Positions 17,712 to 27,682 are shown, numbered from the stretch's first letter. The stretch is DNA of 40,359 nucleotides from an uncultured Pseudomonadota bacterium (GCA_964454175.1 CAYVSA010000008.1:1-40359), one strand, 5' to 3'. The notes: generated from the letters alone by a model not told the origin. A program made the numbers and translations.

Positions 17712-19979
17712 TCAGAACAGTGTTCCGATGGAAAATTCCCAACCCGGGTTCTGCTCATCACCCTTCGGATCCAGGTTGAATCCCCACTCCAGCCTCAAAA
17801 GCCCCACCGGGGAACTCCAGCGGAACCCGAATCCGGCGCCTTTTCTCAGGTCGCCGACCCCGACGTTCTCTTCTTCAGCCCACACGTTGCCCACGTCGAG
17901 GAAGAGTACACCGGCGATCCCGGCATCTCTGACAAGGGGGTATTTTATCTCAAAATTCGTTAAAAAGGACTTGCTGCCCCCCAGGGGCTCGCCATCTTCA
18001 TCCAGTGGGCCAACTGTACGGAACTCAAATCCCCTTACAGTATTGAGGCCACCCATAAAAAACCTCTCAGTCACCGGTATGTTGTTGTTATCGTAAGCGT
18101 TTACAACGCCAAGCTCGGAGTGGATCGAACCGATGAAATCCTTGTAAAGAGGAACAAAGTAACTACCCTCAAGGAGCGTCCTGACAAAATCGTTTGTCCC
18201 TCCCATTAGGCCGCCAGCTAACTCGACAGAGGATGAGAGCATGATCCCCGTCCTGGGGTCCCTGGGAAAGTCCCTGGTGTCGTATCGGAAGTCCAGGCTC
18301 ATGGACGAAGTGGTTGAGGTCCCCTCCTGCTGTTTGATCAGATTGGAGGCATCAAGGGCCAGATCATACACTGTGAGTTCGGCGTTGCGGTATCTGGCAG
18401 AAACGGACGTATTGTCGGTGATCCGATAACCCAGCTTTATGCTGCCTCCCTTGGAATCCTGGGTGTAGTTGGAATACTCCCTGCTTCGATCGAAGATATC
18501 CGTTTTCAGGGAGTATAGTCCGGAAAACAGCCTCGGTTCGGTAAAAGTAACGCTGTATGATGTTTTTTCAGACCCGAACTCCGAGTCGAGATTCAGTTTC
18601 TGGGCACGTCCAAAAAGGTTCCCCTGTGACAGTGAGAGGGTCCCGATAAGCCCATCAATACTGGAATAGGCAAATCCCGCCGTGAATGTTCCGCTGGAGC
18701 CTTCCTTGACCCTGACGAGGAGATCCGCCTGATCCTTACCGACTTCTACGACACTTATGGACACTTCATCAAAAAAGCCCAGTGACCTGACAAAACGCCT
18801 CGAGTCCTCCACTTTCTTCTGGCTGAAGATCTCACCTTCTGTGAGTCTCATTTCGCGCCTGATCGCATAGTCCCTTGTCTTGAAATTGCCTTCGATCTCG
18901 ATCCACCTGACCCTGACCAGTGGTCCTTTGATCAGACGCAGTTCAATATCGATCAGCCCTGAGTCAGGATCCTTGCTGAAGCCTGTCTGAACTTTAGCCC
19001 TGGCGTATCCGACATTTCGGTAGACGTTCTGAAGCTGTTTCAGATCCTCAATGAGTTCGCTCCTGACAAAGACCTTGCCGGTGCTCATCCTGAGTTTGTC
19101 CGCATCCTTTTCGCGCAGATCATCCCACTGGCCGGTGTATTGTACCTTGCCCACCCTGTACTGGGGTCCCTCATGGACCCTGATGGCGATATAAAGGCCC
19201 GAGCCGGAAGGATGCGCCTTTATCTCAGGTTCTTCGACAACAACATCCAGAAATCCGTGCTCAAAGTAAAGCAAACGGATCCTGGTGAGGTCGTCGGCCA
19301 TCTGTCCCTTGACAAAGATCCCGGAGGTTGAAAGCCATGCAAGGGGCCCTTTTTCCTTGGTCTGCAGAAGCCTGGTTATCTGGTAATCGCTGAGGCTCCT
19401 GTTTCCAATGATGTCCACCTCGTTGACAAGAGCCTTTTCGCCCTCGACGAATCTGTAGGTAAGACGCACGCCGGTTTTTGTCTTCTCCGTTTCTTCCTTC
19501 ACAGCAATGTCATAATACCCCGCTTTTCTATATACACCTTTGAGGGCCTCTATTTCTGAAAACGTGTCTGCCGGGTTGTAGAAGCTGAAGGCTTTCATAT
19601 CCAGGACCTTCTTCAGATCGGAATCCGACACGCTCGAATTCCCCTTGAAACGGATACTGCGAACCATTGGAAACTCTTCAACGCGCACTTTTACAACTAT
19701 CCCTCCTCCTGACTCTTCCTCGTCGATCTTCACCCTGGAAAAAGCTCCCAGCCTGTAAAGGGCCTTTACGTCGCGGCTGACTTTCGCGGGGTCCCAGGGG
19801 TCACCTGCCTTCCAGGATAGAGTTTTCTCTACACTTGAGCTGTCGACCCTCACATTACCCTCAACCCGAACCGCCACAACACTCAGGGGCTCTCCAAAAA
19901 GAGGCAGCGGTGAAAAAGCCTCAAAGATGAGCAGAATCGAGGACAGGAGGACCACTGATCTTGAGAAAACAACCTTCAC
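17712..19979 (-). CDS. bamA: Outer membrane protein assembly factor BamA
   Basis: POTRA repeats (GNVRV, GNFKTRD..IRRE), VRGF loop-6 motif, C-terminal FSIGTLF. Confidence 0.96.
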   Translation of the reverse strand: MKVVFSRSVVLLSSILLIFEAFSPLPLFGEPLSVVAVRVEGNVRVDSSSVEKTLSWKAGDPWDPAKVSRDVKALYRLGAFSRVKIDEEESGGGIVVKVRVEEFPMVRSIRFKGNSSVSDSDLKKVLDMKAFSFYNPADTFSEIEALKGVYRKAGYYDIAVKEETEKTKTGVRLTYRFVEGEKALVNEVDIIGNRSLSDYQITRLLQTKEKGPLAWLSTSGIFVKGQMADDLTRIRLLYFEHGFLDVVVEEPEIKAHPSGSGLYIAIRVHEGPQYRVGKVQYTGQWDDLREKDADKLRMSTGKVFVRSELIEDLKQLQNVYRNVGYARAKVQTGFSKDPDSGLIDIELRLIKGPLVRVRWIEIEGNFKTRDYAIRREMRLTEGEIFSQKKVEDSRRFVRSLGFFDEVSISVVEVGKDQADLLVRVKEGSSGTFTAGFAYSSIDGLIGTLSLSQGNLFGRAQKLNLDSEFGSEKTSYSVTFTEPRLFSGLYSLKTDIFDRSREYSNYTQDSKGGSIKLGYRITDNTSVSARYRNAELTVYDLALDASNLIKQQEGTSTTSSMSLDFRYDTRDFPRDPRTGIMLSSSVELAGGLMGGTNDFVRTLLEGSYFVPLYKDFIGSIHSELGVVNAYDNNNIPVTERFFMGGLNTVRGFEFRTVGPLDEDGEPLGGSKSFLTNFEIKYPLVRDAGIAGVLFLDVGNVWAEEENVGVGDLRKGAGFGFRWSSPVGLLRLEWGFNLDPKGDEQNPGWEFSIGTLF

Positions 19980-20675
19980 TTATTCCTCCGGATCGAGCAG
20001 ACCGTCACGGAGAACATAACGGGCATGAAATTTTGAGGCCATCTCCCTGTTGTGAGTGACAACCAAAAATGTTGTTCCAAGTTCTTCATTGAGTTCGAGA
20101 AACAGATCCTGAACGGACCTGGCCGTGACTGAATCAAGGTTCCCGGTAGGTTCATCCGCCAGGACAATATCAGGTTCGTTGACCAGCGCCCTGGCCACTG
20201 CCGCCCTCTGCTGCTCGCCGCCTGAAAGCTCACCGGGCCTGTGAGAAAGCCTTGAAGACAATCCAACCCGCTCCAGGATATAACCGGCTCGTTCAGCTAC
20301 CTCAACCCTGTCGAATCCCGCTATTATCCCCGGCATCATGACGTTCTCCATACAGGTAAATTCAGTAAGGAGATAGTGCATCTGGAATATGAAACCAATA
20401 TTCCTGTTGCGGAAACTCGACAGCCCCTGTTCGCTGAGCTTGAATATATCTTCCCCTGCTACAGATACCCTTCCGGTCGTCGGTGAGTCCAATCCTCCAG
20501 CGATGTGTAAAAAAGTACTTTTCCCTGCTCCAGAAGCTCCAAGTATGCCCACAATCTGTCCATGGTTAAGAGAAAAATCGACCCCTCCCAGAACTTTTAT
20601 GTCCTGACCGCCCTTCCGAAAGGTCTTTACAAGGCCTTCTGCGCTGAGGACCGATCGCACTCCAGGATCACTCAT
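19980..20675 (-). CDS. lolD: Lipoprotein-releasing ABC transporter ATPase
   Basis: GASGAGKST, LSGGEQQR, ADEPTGNLD motifs; start ATG 20675 overlapping the end of lolC/E. Confidence 0.9.
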   Translation of the reverse strand: MSDPGVRSVLSAEGLVKTFRKGGQDIKVLGGVDFSLNHGQIVGILGASGAGKSTFLHIAGGLDSPTTGRVSVAGEDIFKLSEQGLSSFRNRNIGFIFQMHYLLTEFTCMENVMMPGIIAGFDRVEVAERAGYILERVGLSSRLSHRPGELSGGEQQRAAVARALVNEPDIVLADEPTGNLDSVTARSVQDLFLELNEELGTTFLVVTHNREMASKFHARYVLRDGLLDPEE

Positions 20676-21894
20676 AGCGCAGGATCTCCACCGGGTTGAG
20701 TCCAGCTGCTTTTCTTGCGGGATAGATGATGGCAGCGAAGCTGACAGCAATGGCAGCAAGGCAAATTACGGCAACATCCGCCGGGTCCACCTTGACCGGG
20801 AGCGTTGTCACATAATAAACACTCGCCGGGAGTTCAACGAACTGATATCGCGTGAGCAGCCAGCAGAGTCCCAGACCGAGAATAAGCCCCAGGACTGTTC
20901 CCCCGATCCCGATCACCAGTCCTTCCAGGAGAAAGATCCTGCCGATCGAATTTTTTGTGGCCCCCATGGCCTTGAGAATAGCTATTTCCCTCCCCTTTTC
21001 CATTACTACCAGGATGAGGGTGCCGATGATGTTAAAGGCCGCGACTACAATGATCAAGATCAGTATTACGAACATGGTGATCTTTTCCAGCTTGAGGGCT
21101 GAAAACAGGTTCTGATTCATCTCCTTCCAGTCTCTCACCCAGTACGCATAACCCAAAGAGGCCTGGATCTGCTTGACGATATCCCCTGTCTTGTAAATAT
21201 CCCTGACCTTGACTGCGATACCGGAAACGTCCTCACCCATATCAAAGAATGTCTGCCCAGACCTGAGGCTGATAAGGACCAGGCCCGTGTCGTATTCGTA
21301 CATACCCGTCTCGAACACACCTTCGACCGTGAAGCGCTCCATAAGGGGTATCATACCGAAGGGGGATGATACTTCAGACGGGGATACCAGGGTGATCTTG
21401 TCGCCAACCTTGACCCCGTGCAGACGCACCATCTCAACACCGACCACGATGCCGTCGTTGTCAAGGTTCTCCAGAGAGCCGCTGATCATGTTTTTAGCGA
21501 GGTCTGTCACCTTTCCCTCGCCCTCCGGATCGACCCCCCGGACTACCACCCCCGTTACTTCTCCTCCGACCTTCAGGAGCGACTGGCCCATGACATATGG
21601 TGAGAGGGCCGCCACCTCCTGATTTTCGGAGATCTGTTCCATGGCCTTTTCATAATCAGGAATTCCATTCACCCCCTGGACGAGGATGTGTGAAGTAGTG
21701 CCCAGAATACGATCCTTCATATAATCGGAAAAACCGGTCATGACGGAAATGACCGTAATAAGGGCTGCCACACCAAGCGCCACCCCCAGGATCGAGATCA
21801 CCGTTATCAGGGAGACGAAGGCATGCCGACGGCGTGAACGCAGATGGCGAAGGGCTACCATCCACTCGAAAGAAAGTTTCAAGGTGCTCCTCAC
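20668..21894 (-). CDS. lolE: Lipoprotein-releasing ABC transporter permease (single LolC/E-type subunit)
   Basis: FVSLITVISILGVALGVAAL, WKEMNQNLFSALKLEK, EIAILKAMGA, LRYE C-terminus. Confidence 0.9.
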   Translation of the reverse strand: MRSTLKLSFEWMVALRHLRSRRRHAFVSLITVISILGVALGVAALITVISVMTGFSDYMKDRILGTTSHILVQGVNGIPDYEKAMEQISENQEVAALSPYVMGQSLLKVGGEVTGVVVRGVDPEGEGKVTDLAKNMISGSLENLDNDGIVVGVEMVRLHGVKVGDKITLVSPSEVSSPFGMIPLMERFTVEGVFETGMYEYDTGLVLISLRSGQTFFDMGEDVSGIAVKVRDIYKTGDIVKQIQASLGYAYWVRDWKEMNQNLFSALKLEKITMFVILILIIVVAAFNIIGTLILVVMEKGREIAILKAMGATKNSIGRIFLLEGLVIGIGGTVLGLILGLGLCWLLTRYQFVELPASVYYVTTLPVKVDPADVAVICLAAIAVSFAAIIYPARKAAGLNPVEILRYE

Positions 21895-23381
21895 GTTTGT
21901 TCAGATCTCTGATGGGGAAAAAGTATCACTTCTCTAATGGAAGCCGCATCAGTCAGCAGCATTGTGAGACGGTCGATCCCGATACCTTCGCCGGCTGTTG
22001 GGGGTAAACCGTATTCCAGCGCTCTTATGTAATCCCTGTCCATCATGTGGGCCTCGTCATCACCTGCTTCACGTTCAGACACCTGGTTCAGGAAACGACC
22101 CTCCTGGTCCCTGGGGTCGTTCAGCTCGGAAAACCCGTTTGCTACCTCCATGCCCGCAATGAAAAGTTCAAAGCGCTCGGCGATCTCCGGATCGTCGTCG
22201 CTGCGTCGGGAAAGTGGAGAGACGTCCACCGGATAATCGTGAACAAAAACGGGATCAAGGAGCCCGGGCTCCACGAACTTATCGAAGATCTTCTGCTGGA
22301 TCTTGCCGAGCGGGTCATTTTGATCAACTGCAATGTCTCTTTCCTTTGCAAACATCTCGGCTGCGCTGCGGTCCTTTTGTTCCTCTTCGCCGAAACCATC
22401 TAACTGGAAAAGACACTGGGAAAATTTCCTGCGTTCAAAGGGTCTGGAAAAATCGAGGACTTTTCCCTGGTAAGAAACCTGGGCGCGGCCAAGTGTATTT
22501 TCAACTACCTCCCTGAGCAGCTCCTCGGTGAAGTCCATCATGTTCTGGTAATCGGCATAAGCCATATAGAATTCCAGCATGGTGAATTCAGGGTTGTGCA
22601 TAGTTGAAACGCCTTCATTCCTGAAGTTCCTGTTCAGTTCGTATACCCTTTCAAACCCTCCAACAACCAGACGCTTCAGATACAGTTCGGGGGCGATCCT
22701 GAGATAGAGGTCCATGTCCAGAGCGTTGTGGTGGGTTACGAAAGGGCGTGCCACGGCCCCTCCGGCAACAGGCTGCATCATGGGGGTCTCTACCTCCATG
22801 AATCCTCTGCTGTCCAGACACTTTCTCAGGTTCGAAATGAGACTGCTCCTGGTGCGGAATATTTCCCTCACCTGTGGATTGGCAATGAGATCCACATACC
22901 GCTGGCGATATCTCAGCTCAACATCCTTGAGGCCGTGCCACTTCTCCGGGAGGGGTCTCACTGACTTGGTGAGGAGCGTTGCGGTTGACGCCAGGACAGT
23001 CAGTTCACCCGATCTGGTTACGAAGGGGGTACCGGAAATACCGACGATGTCTCCAACATCCCACTTTTTAAAACCGCCGAAGGGTCCCTCCCCGACAGTG
23101 TCCTTCTTCACAAAGACCTGTATCCGGCCTGATGAATCCTCGAGATGAAGAAACGCCGCCTTACCGAAACTTCTAAGAGCGACTATCCTGCCCGCCAGGG
23201 TAAAGGTTCTCCCCGAACCTTCCACCTCTTCCGGGCTCTTGCCATCCATTTCAGCATGAATGACCTGGGCAGTGTGCTCCCTGTTAAATCTGGTCACGTA
23301 TGGATCGACACCGATCTCCCTGATCTGCTCAACTTTTTCCATACGGAGTTTATGGAGCCTGTTTTCGCCGTCTGTCACCAT
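21891..23381 (-). CDS. lysS: Lysine--tRNA ligase (class II)
   Basis: RYRQRYVDL, YLRIAPELYLKRL, FRNEG, HNPEFTMLEFY, GIGIDRL motifs. Confidence 0.98.
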   Translation of the reverse strand: MVTDGENRLHKLRMEKVEQIREIGVDPYVTRFNREHTAQVIHAEMDGKSPEEVEGSGRTFTLAGRIVALRSFGKAAFLHLEDSSGRIQVFVKKDTVGEGPFGGFKKWDVGDIVGISGTPFVTRSGELTVLASTATLLTKSVRPLPEKWHGLKDVELRYRQRYVDLIANPQVREIFRTRSSLISNLRKCLDSRGFMEVETPMMQPVAGGAVARPFVTHHNALDMDLYLRIAPELYLKRLVVGGFERVYELNRNFRNEGVSTMHNPEFTMLEFYMAYADYQNMMDFTEELLREVVENTLGRAQVSYQGKVLDFSRPFERRKFSQCLFQLDGFGEEEQKDRSAAEMFAKERDIAVDQNDPLGKIQQKIFDKFVEPGLLDPVFVHDYPVDVSPLSRRSDDDPEIAERFELFIAGMEVANGFSELNDPRDQEGRFLNQVSEREAGDDEAHMMDRDYIRALEYGLPPTAGEGIGIDRLTMLLTDAASIREVILFPHQRSEQT

Positions 23382-23442
23382 TAATTTTCCTCGCGTTGAT
23401 GGCTCGTAAATACCTGATTATATCTTTGAAATTAAATGCTTA

Positions 23443-23471
23443 AACCTAGTCGACAGGGCAGATTTCGTCAA
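23443..23471 (-). promoter_or_regulatory. Putative sigma70 promoter for the lysS-lol-bam-lpx operon
   Basis: Minus strand TTGACG-N17-TAGGTT, about 60 nt upstream of lysS. Confidence 0.55.
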
Positions 23472-23486
23472 GGTTTTTCGGGTCGG

Positions 23487-23549
23487 GGGTAACAGGCTGT
23501 AGGCTATAGGCAAGGGGCCATGAGTCATAGACGTTAGGCGTTAAACGTT
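23487..23549. repeat. Degenerate 7-nt tandem array (AGGCNNT-like, 9 units)
   Basis: gggtaac aggctgt aggctat aggcaag gggccat gagtcat agacgtt aggcgtt aaacgtt; 23502-23518 is the exact reverse complement of 40284-40300. Confidence 0.8.
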
Positions 23550-23560
23550 GCTCCAAAACA

Positions 23561-23782
23561 CTATCGTCGGAACAGATTAAGTAATAATGTGAGCAGGAGG
23601 CTCAGAACGATTGATGTGGCAAGAGGAAAGTAGAGGGTAAAGCTCTTCCTTTTAAGGATAAAATCGCCGGGAAGTTTCCCTATCCAGGGTATACGCGGAG
23701 CCATGACCATGATCAGGCCAACGACGACAAGGCACCCGCCAACCAGTATCAATACCCTGCCCGGGGAGCCTGTGGGACTCAA
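23561..23782 (-). CDS. DUF2905 small membrane protein
   Basis: WIGKLPGDF...FYFPLATSIVLSLLLT-like pattern; TTGA overlap with the Mut7-C gene. Confidence 0.85.
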   Translation of the reverse strand: MSPTGSPGRVLILVGGCLVVVGLIMVMAPRIPWIGKLPGDFILKRKSFTLYFPLATSIVLSLLLTLLLNLFRR

Positions 23783-24294
23783 TCTCTGTTCCCCGCCATG
23801 ATCTCCATCATTTCCCGGGCTTCCTCCCTCATTCTGACCTCATGTGTACCCTTCCAGTAGACTTTCCTGCATCCCGGACACAGGAGGAATCTCTGCCGGG
23901 TCGAAAGGACGTGCGGAGGTACCCTGTCACGGACCTGATCGGGGAGTTTCCTTTCGAGTTTGCCGTTACAGATCGTACAGCGGCCCAGCAATACCGGTGC
24001 GAAACCCAACTCGGCCAGGCTGCAGGAGATGGACCAGAACTCCTGCATGTATCCATTACCGCTGACTTGCCAGGCCACCAGACCCTTGCTGGACCTGATG
24101 CGTCTGTTTCGGGTCAAAAGTATCCTGGACTCCGCTCTGCAGTGATATTTAAGCTCTCCGAGAGTGATCTCCGGAAAGTAAGTCGTGTCATATCCCAGCA
24201 TTCTGAGTTTTCTGGCAAGAGAACCCAGCATGGTGTCGGCGGCAAAAGCCGGTCGGGAACTGCGGCCTTCGAGGGAACTGCAGGGCGGCGGCAC
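23779..24294 (-). CDS. Mut7-C RNase domain protein (PIN-like fold with zinc ribbon)
   Basis: ADTMLGSLARKLRMLGYDT, RILLTR, RCTICNG, CPGCRKVYWKGTH; start codon uncertain. Confidence 0.88.
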   Translation of the reverse strand: MPPPCSSLEGRSSRPAFAADTMLGSLARKLRMLGYDTTYFPEITLGELKYHCRAESRILLTRNRRIRSSKGLVAWQVSGNGYMQEFWSISCSLAELGFAPVLLGRCTICNGKLERKLPDQVRDRVPPHVLSTRQRFLLCPGCRKVYWKGTHEVRMREEAREMMEIMAGNRD

Positions 24295-24659
24295 TAAACC
24301 TCCATACGATGGATCCTGACAAATGAGTCCAGGATGGCCTGGTCTTCCTCCTCCATGTCCAGGAACTGAACGCCCATCCCCGGATCATGCTCAAAATGGG
24401 TGGCAGGGCGGCTCCAGACAACGAGCCCCTTAACCCTGAACACATGGTTGAAATCCGGTAGGGAAAACTCCAGGTCGACTTCCGATCCGACTTTCAGCGG
24501 GTTCTCACACACTACGAAAAGCCCGCCTTTGCTAACGTTGAGCATGTAGTCCTGAACGAAGTCGGTTCCGTCGGTGTACTTTACTTCCACATGGACCGGG
24601 ACTCGGGCGTGTTTTCGGCGGGAAAGATTGTCTGCTGAATCGTTTTTATCTGATGGCAC
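24294..24659 (-). CDS. Stand-alone PilZ-domain protein (TIGR02266-like)
   Basis: RRKHAR (RxxxR) and NVSKGG (N/DxSxxG) motifs, PGMGVQF; AAGGAG RBS before GTG. Confidence 0.9.
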   Translation of the reverse strand: MPSDKNDSADNLSRRKHARVPVHVEVKYTDGTDFVQDYMLNVSKGGLFVVCENPLKVGSEVDLEFSLPDFNHVFRVKGLVVWSRPATHFEHDPGMGVQFLDMEEEDQAILDSFVRIHRMEV

Positions 24660-24677
24660 TGCGGCTCCTTGCCGGAT

Positions 24678-25334
24678 TCAGGGTGCGGCCGCGGGTTCGA
24701 GTACCATGATGCCCGACGGCAGTTTTTCTTTCGTAAATTCCGCCTCTGAAGAACCGGTCCTGGTGACATCTCCACGGCCCTCCAGAAAATCGTCTACTGG
24801 TGCGATCGGAAAGTCAAGGCTTTCAGTCTTGTAATGCATTGGAATAACAAGCTTCGGGGCCAGGGTGCCTATAACTTCGTCAGACTCACCGGTCCCAATT
24901 GTAAAGAACCCGCCCACCGGCATCAGCAGCACATCAACAGGCTTGATCTGTTCTGCGCTGCTGTCGTCCAGAATGTGCCCGAGATCACCGAGGTGACAGA
25001 TCGAGATCCCATCGACTACCGCCCTGAAAATAATGTTGCTGCCCCTTTCGGAACCTTTTGTTGTGTCATGGTAGGTCCCCAGTCCCGAGATCTCAATATC
25101 TTCCACAATCTGGTTCCCGATGGAGCTGATTATCACCGGCTCACCGCGTATATCAGCCGTGTAATTGTGATCGGGGTGACCGTGGGAGACAAGGACTATG
25201 TCGGCTTCCTCATCGACTGGTTCGTACCTGATGGCCCCTTCATAGGCAGTGTGATCATAGGGGTCTGTCACTATTCTCGTACCATTCACGGAAACAAACA
25301 GGAAACACGCATGCCCGATATATTTTACCTTCAC
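24678..25334 (-). CDS. Metallo-beta-lactamase-fold hydrolase
   Basis: GHACF, TDPY, SHGHPDH, HLGDLG, IPMHY motifs. Confidence 0.9.
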   Translation of the reverse strand: MKVKYIGHACFLFVSVNGTRIVTDPYDHTAYEGAIRYEPVDEEADIVLVSHGHPDHNYTADIRGEPVIISSIGNQIVEDIEISGLGTYHDTTKGSERGSNIIFRAVVDGISICHLGDLGHILDDSSAEQIKPVDVLLMPVGGFFTIGTGESDEVIGTLAPKLVIPMHYKTESLDFPIAPVDDFLEGRGDVTRTGSSEAEFTKEKLPSGIMVLEPAAAP

Positions 25335-25401
25335 GATCTCCCCCTTTTGCCAAATTCTTTCGGGTACCGGGAACCATCAACGAAGTTCAGTACCGAAAGG
25401 T

Positions 25402-25572
25402 TCAGCTCTGTGTGTTCTCCCCCGCCTCTGCCTCAGGAGAAACCTCACCTTCAACCTCTTCCTTGTGGACAAGGATAATACTCCTGACCTCTATACCGGC
25501 TCCCTGCAGTGCCTTTCTTACGTCAGGAAGTTTAGCATCTGTTACTTTGACAAGAAAATTGCTGTTAGTCAT
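25402..25572 (-). CDS. Small hypothetical protein, 56 aa (below the ORF-track cut-off)
   Basis: GGAGGAG RBS before ATG; MTNSNFLVKVTDAKLPDVRKALQGAGIEVRSIILVHKEEVEGEVSPEAEAGENTQS; co-oriented and fills the gap between its neighbours. Confidence 0.75.
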   Translation of the reverse strand: MTNSNFLVKVTDAKLPDVRKALQGAGIEVRSIILVHKEEVEGEVSPEAEAGENTQS

Positions 25573-25639
25573 CTTGCTCCTCCGTTTTTAATCTGTATTG
25601 GAATGCTCTCGCCTGGACGCATATCCGGAAACCACGCCG

Positions 25640-26611
25640 TTATCTGACTTCACCCGCAGTCTCCGCTGCTTCCGAAGTTTTTTCATAAAGGGGCAGCAGA
25701 ACGATCTCAATGCGCCTGTTCTGCGACCTGCCCTCCTCGGTCTCGTTGGATGCCGTCGGCTGAAATTCTCCGTAACCGGCAGACGACAGGAGGCCGGCTT
25801 CAATACCCGAATCCTCCTGGAGGATATGGACAACTGCCAACGCCCGGGACGCTGAAAGCTCCCAGTTCGTTGGGAATTTCTCCCTGAGGCGCCCACCGAT
25901 CGGAACATTATCGGTGTGCCCTTCGATCTGGATCCTCTTGCCCTGGATCTTTGCCAGCTGTGAACCGACTTTCCGGAGAATTTTCACTCCAGACTGCTTG
26001 ACATTTGCCTTGCCCGAGTCAAACAGTATCTTCTCCACAAGATTGACCGAGAGCCTGTCCTTCATGCGTTTTATCTGGACTTCTCCTGCCTCGATCTCGC
26101 TTTTTAGTCCCGTTACGAGTTCATCATAAGTGTTCTTCAGGCGATTTAATTCTTCATCCTTCCTCCGCAGCAGCTCTGTATTCTCGGCCCTTGAACGTTT
26201 GAGCTCATCTTCCCTGATAACAAATTTTTCCCTGAGCTCCGCATTCGTTTCCTGAAGCCTCTTGTTTATCTCCATCGTCTCCTTGATAATCCTCGTCTGT
26301 GAAACCTCTTTTGACTGGAGAATGTCACTCAAACGCTCATTCTGGACCCTGAGCTCTTCGCCTACAGCCTGTTCCTTTTCCAGCTTGCCTGCCAGAGCGT
26401 CCCTTTCCTCAGTGATAGCCATGTTTTCCTCGCTAAGGGTTTCCAGGTCCCTCCTGAGAACAGCGTTTGCGGCCTTTTCCTTCTGAAGACCCGTAGCGAA
26501 CATGTCGGCCTCTTCGGACTTTAGAAGATAGTCCTTCTTGCTGACCACACAGCCGGAGATCGTAACGGACAGAAGAAGCAAACAGATGATAAGGGTAAAT
26601 GTCTTTTTCAT
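25640..26611 (-). CDS. OmpA/MotB-family peptidoglycan-binding lipoprotein with long coiled coil
   Basis: Lipobox ISGC; coiled coil; ILFDSG, IEGHTDNVP, NWELSASRA, NRRIEI motifs. Confidence 0.88.
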   Translation of the reverse strand: MKKTFTLIICLLLLSVTISGCVVSKKDYLLKSEEADMFATGLQKEKAANAVLRRDLETLSEENMAITEERDALAGKLEKEQAVGEELRVQNERLSDILQSKEVSQTRIIKETMEINKRLQETNAELREKFVIREDELKRSRAENTELLRRKDEELNRLKNTYDELVTGLKSEIEAGEVQIKRMKDRLSVNLVEKILFDSGKANVKQSGVKILRKVGSQLAKIQGKRIQIEGHTDNVPIGGRLREKFPTNWELSASRALAVVHILQEDSGIEAGLLSSAGYGEFQPTASNETEEGRSQNRRIEIVLLPLYEKTSEAAETAGEVR

Positions 26612-26724
26612 ATGGGCCTCCTCGGCAGGTCTGAAATTATCCCATAGTCATTTTTGCTGTCAAGGTAATGAAAATATTCGTTTGCCTGTCCGAATGTTCC
26701 TCGGTGCCCCGCAGCGGGTGAAAA

Positions 26725-27669
26725 TTACATGACCATGAAAGGGTATGGCACAAAGGTGAGCACCAGTATAGCAAGGGCGGCGAATCCCGCCTTTCTTCTG
26801 GGAGGATCAAGGTCGATGTGGGGCAGGAGTATCGGCGGATGACGCACGCCAAGGAAAAGAAGGAGCAGGGCCCATATGAGCCACCCTTCCCAGAAGAAAA
26901 CACCCATGAAGATAAGACCTATGTGTACCGCCCTGGCGATAATATCTGCCTTCTCCGGAAAGAGTGCCTTGGCAATGTGGCCCCCATCCAGCTGACCGAC
27001 GGGCAGCAGGTTAAGTGAGGTTATAAACATCCCGATCCATCCTGCGAACCCGATCGGGTGAAGGATCAGGGTCTGGCCCTCCGGCAGGGCCCCCACCAGC
27101 AGCTTACCCACCAGGTAGACTATCAGGCTGTCCCCCAGGGATATAGCTCCGGAATCCGCACCAGCGGGTACAGCAGAAGACAGGAAAAAACCAATAGCCA
27201 GTGCGGGTAGAGCCAGTACGAAACCAACCAGGGGGCCTGAAGCGCCGATGTCCAGCAGGGTTCTTCTGTCCCAGATAGCCCCCCTCATCCTGATCACTGC
27301 CCCGAAGGTGCCCACCAGGGAGGGTGCCGGGATAAAGTATGGCAGAGTGGCGTCTACCCTGTGCACTTTTGAGGTGAGATAGTGACCCATTTCGTGTCCC
27401 AGGAGGATGATCATTAACGTAACAGAAAAGAACAGGCCCTTGACCAGACCAGCCGGATCGCTGAGAGGATTTATACCCTGCTGCATGGCACCAGCCGCAG
27501 TAGTTGTAAGGAAAGTTACCAGGAAAAGAACAATGTGGATCTTAGGACTATCCTTGCGCGGTGTGACATCCTTGAGCCCTGACTGAGGGCCGTCTGGCAC
27601 CCTTTGGCCGCGCCTCCAGCTCCTGCCGCTGAAACCCATCCCCAGCATATGAGTGAATCCTGGACTCAT
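26725..27669 (-). CDS. Site-2 protease (M50) family intramembrane metalloprotease
   Basis: HEMGH and NLLPVGQLDGG motifs, multiple TM helices; start uncertain (ATG 27669 chosen). Confidence 0.9.
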   Translation of the reverse strand: MSPGFTHMLGMGFSGRSWRRGQRVPDGPQSGLKDVTPRKDSPKIHIVLFLVTFLTTTAAGAMQQGINPLSDPAGLVKGLFFSVTLMIILLGHEMGHYLTSKVHRVDATLPYFIPAPSLVGTFGAVIRMRGAIWDRRTLLDIGASGPLVGFVLALPALAIGFFLSSAVPAGADSGAISLGDSLIVYLVGKLLVGALPEGQTLILHPIGFAGWIGMFITSLNLLPVGQLDGGHIAKALFPEKADIIARAVHIGLIFMGVFFWEGWLIWALLLLFLGVRHPPILLPHIDLDPPRRKAGFAALAILVLTFVPYPFMVM

Positions 27670-27682
27670 CAACAGATCCTTT

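Noticed and set aside
3322-20759. Apparent long gene overlaps from the ORF track (waaF to 4455, msbA to 12874, lpxB to 14054, skp to 17742, lolD to 20759)
   Set aside because: Artefacts of longest-ORF calling; downstream starts with an RBS or short stop-start overlaps fit the family N-termini
25588-25908. 106-aa minus-strand ORF overlapping the end of the OmpA/MotB gene
   Set aside because: Out-of-frame overlap with a conserved domain, with no RBS or motif
25640-26611. Flagellar stator motB call
   Set aside because: Has a lipobox and coiled coil rather than the MotB transmembrane Asp motif, and no motA is adjacent
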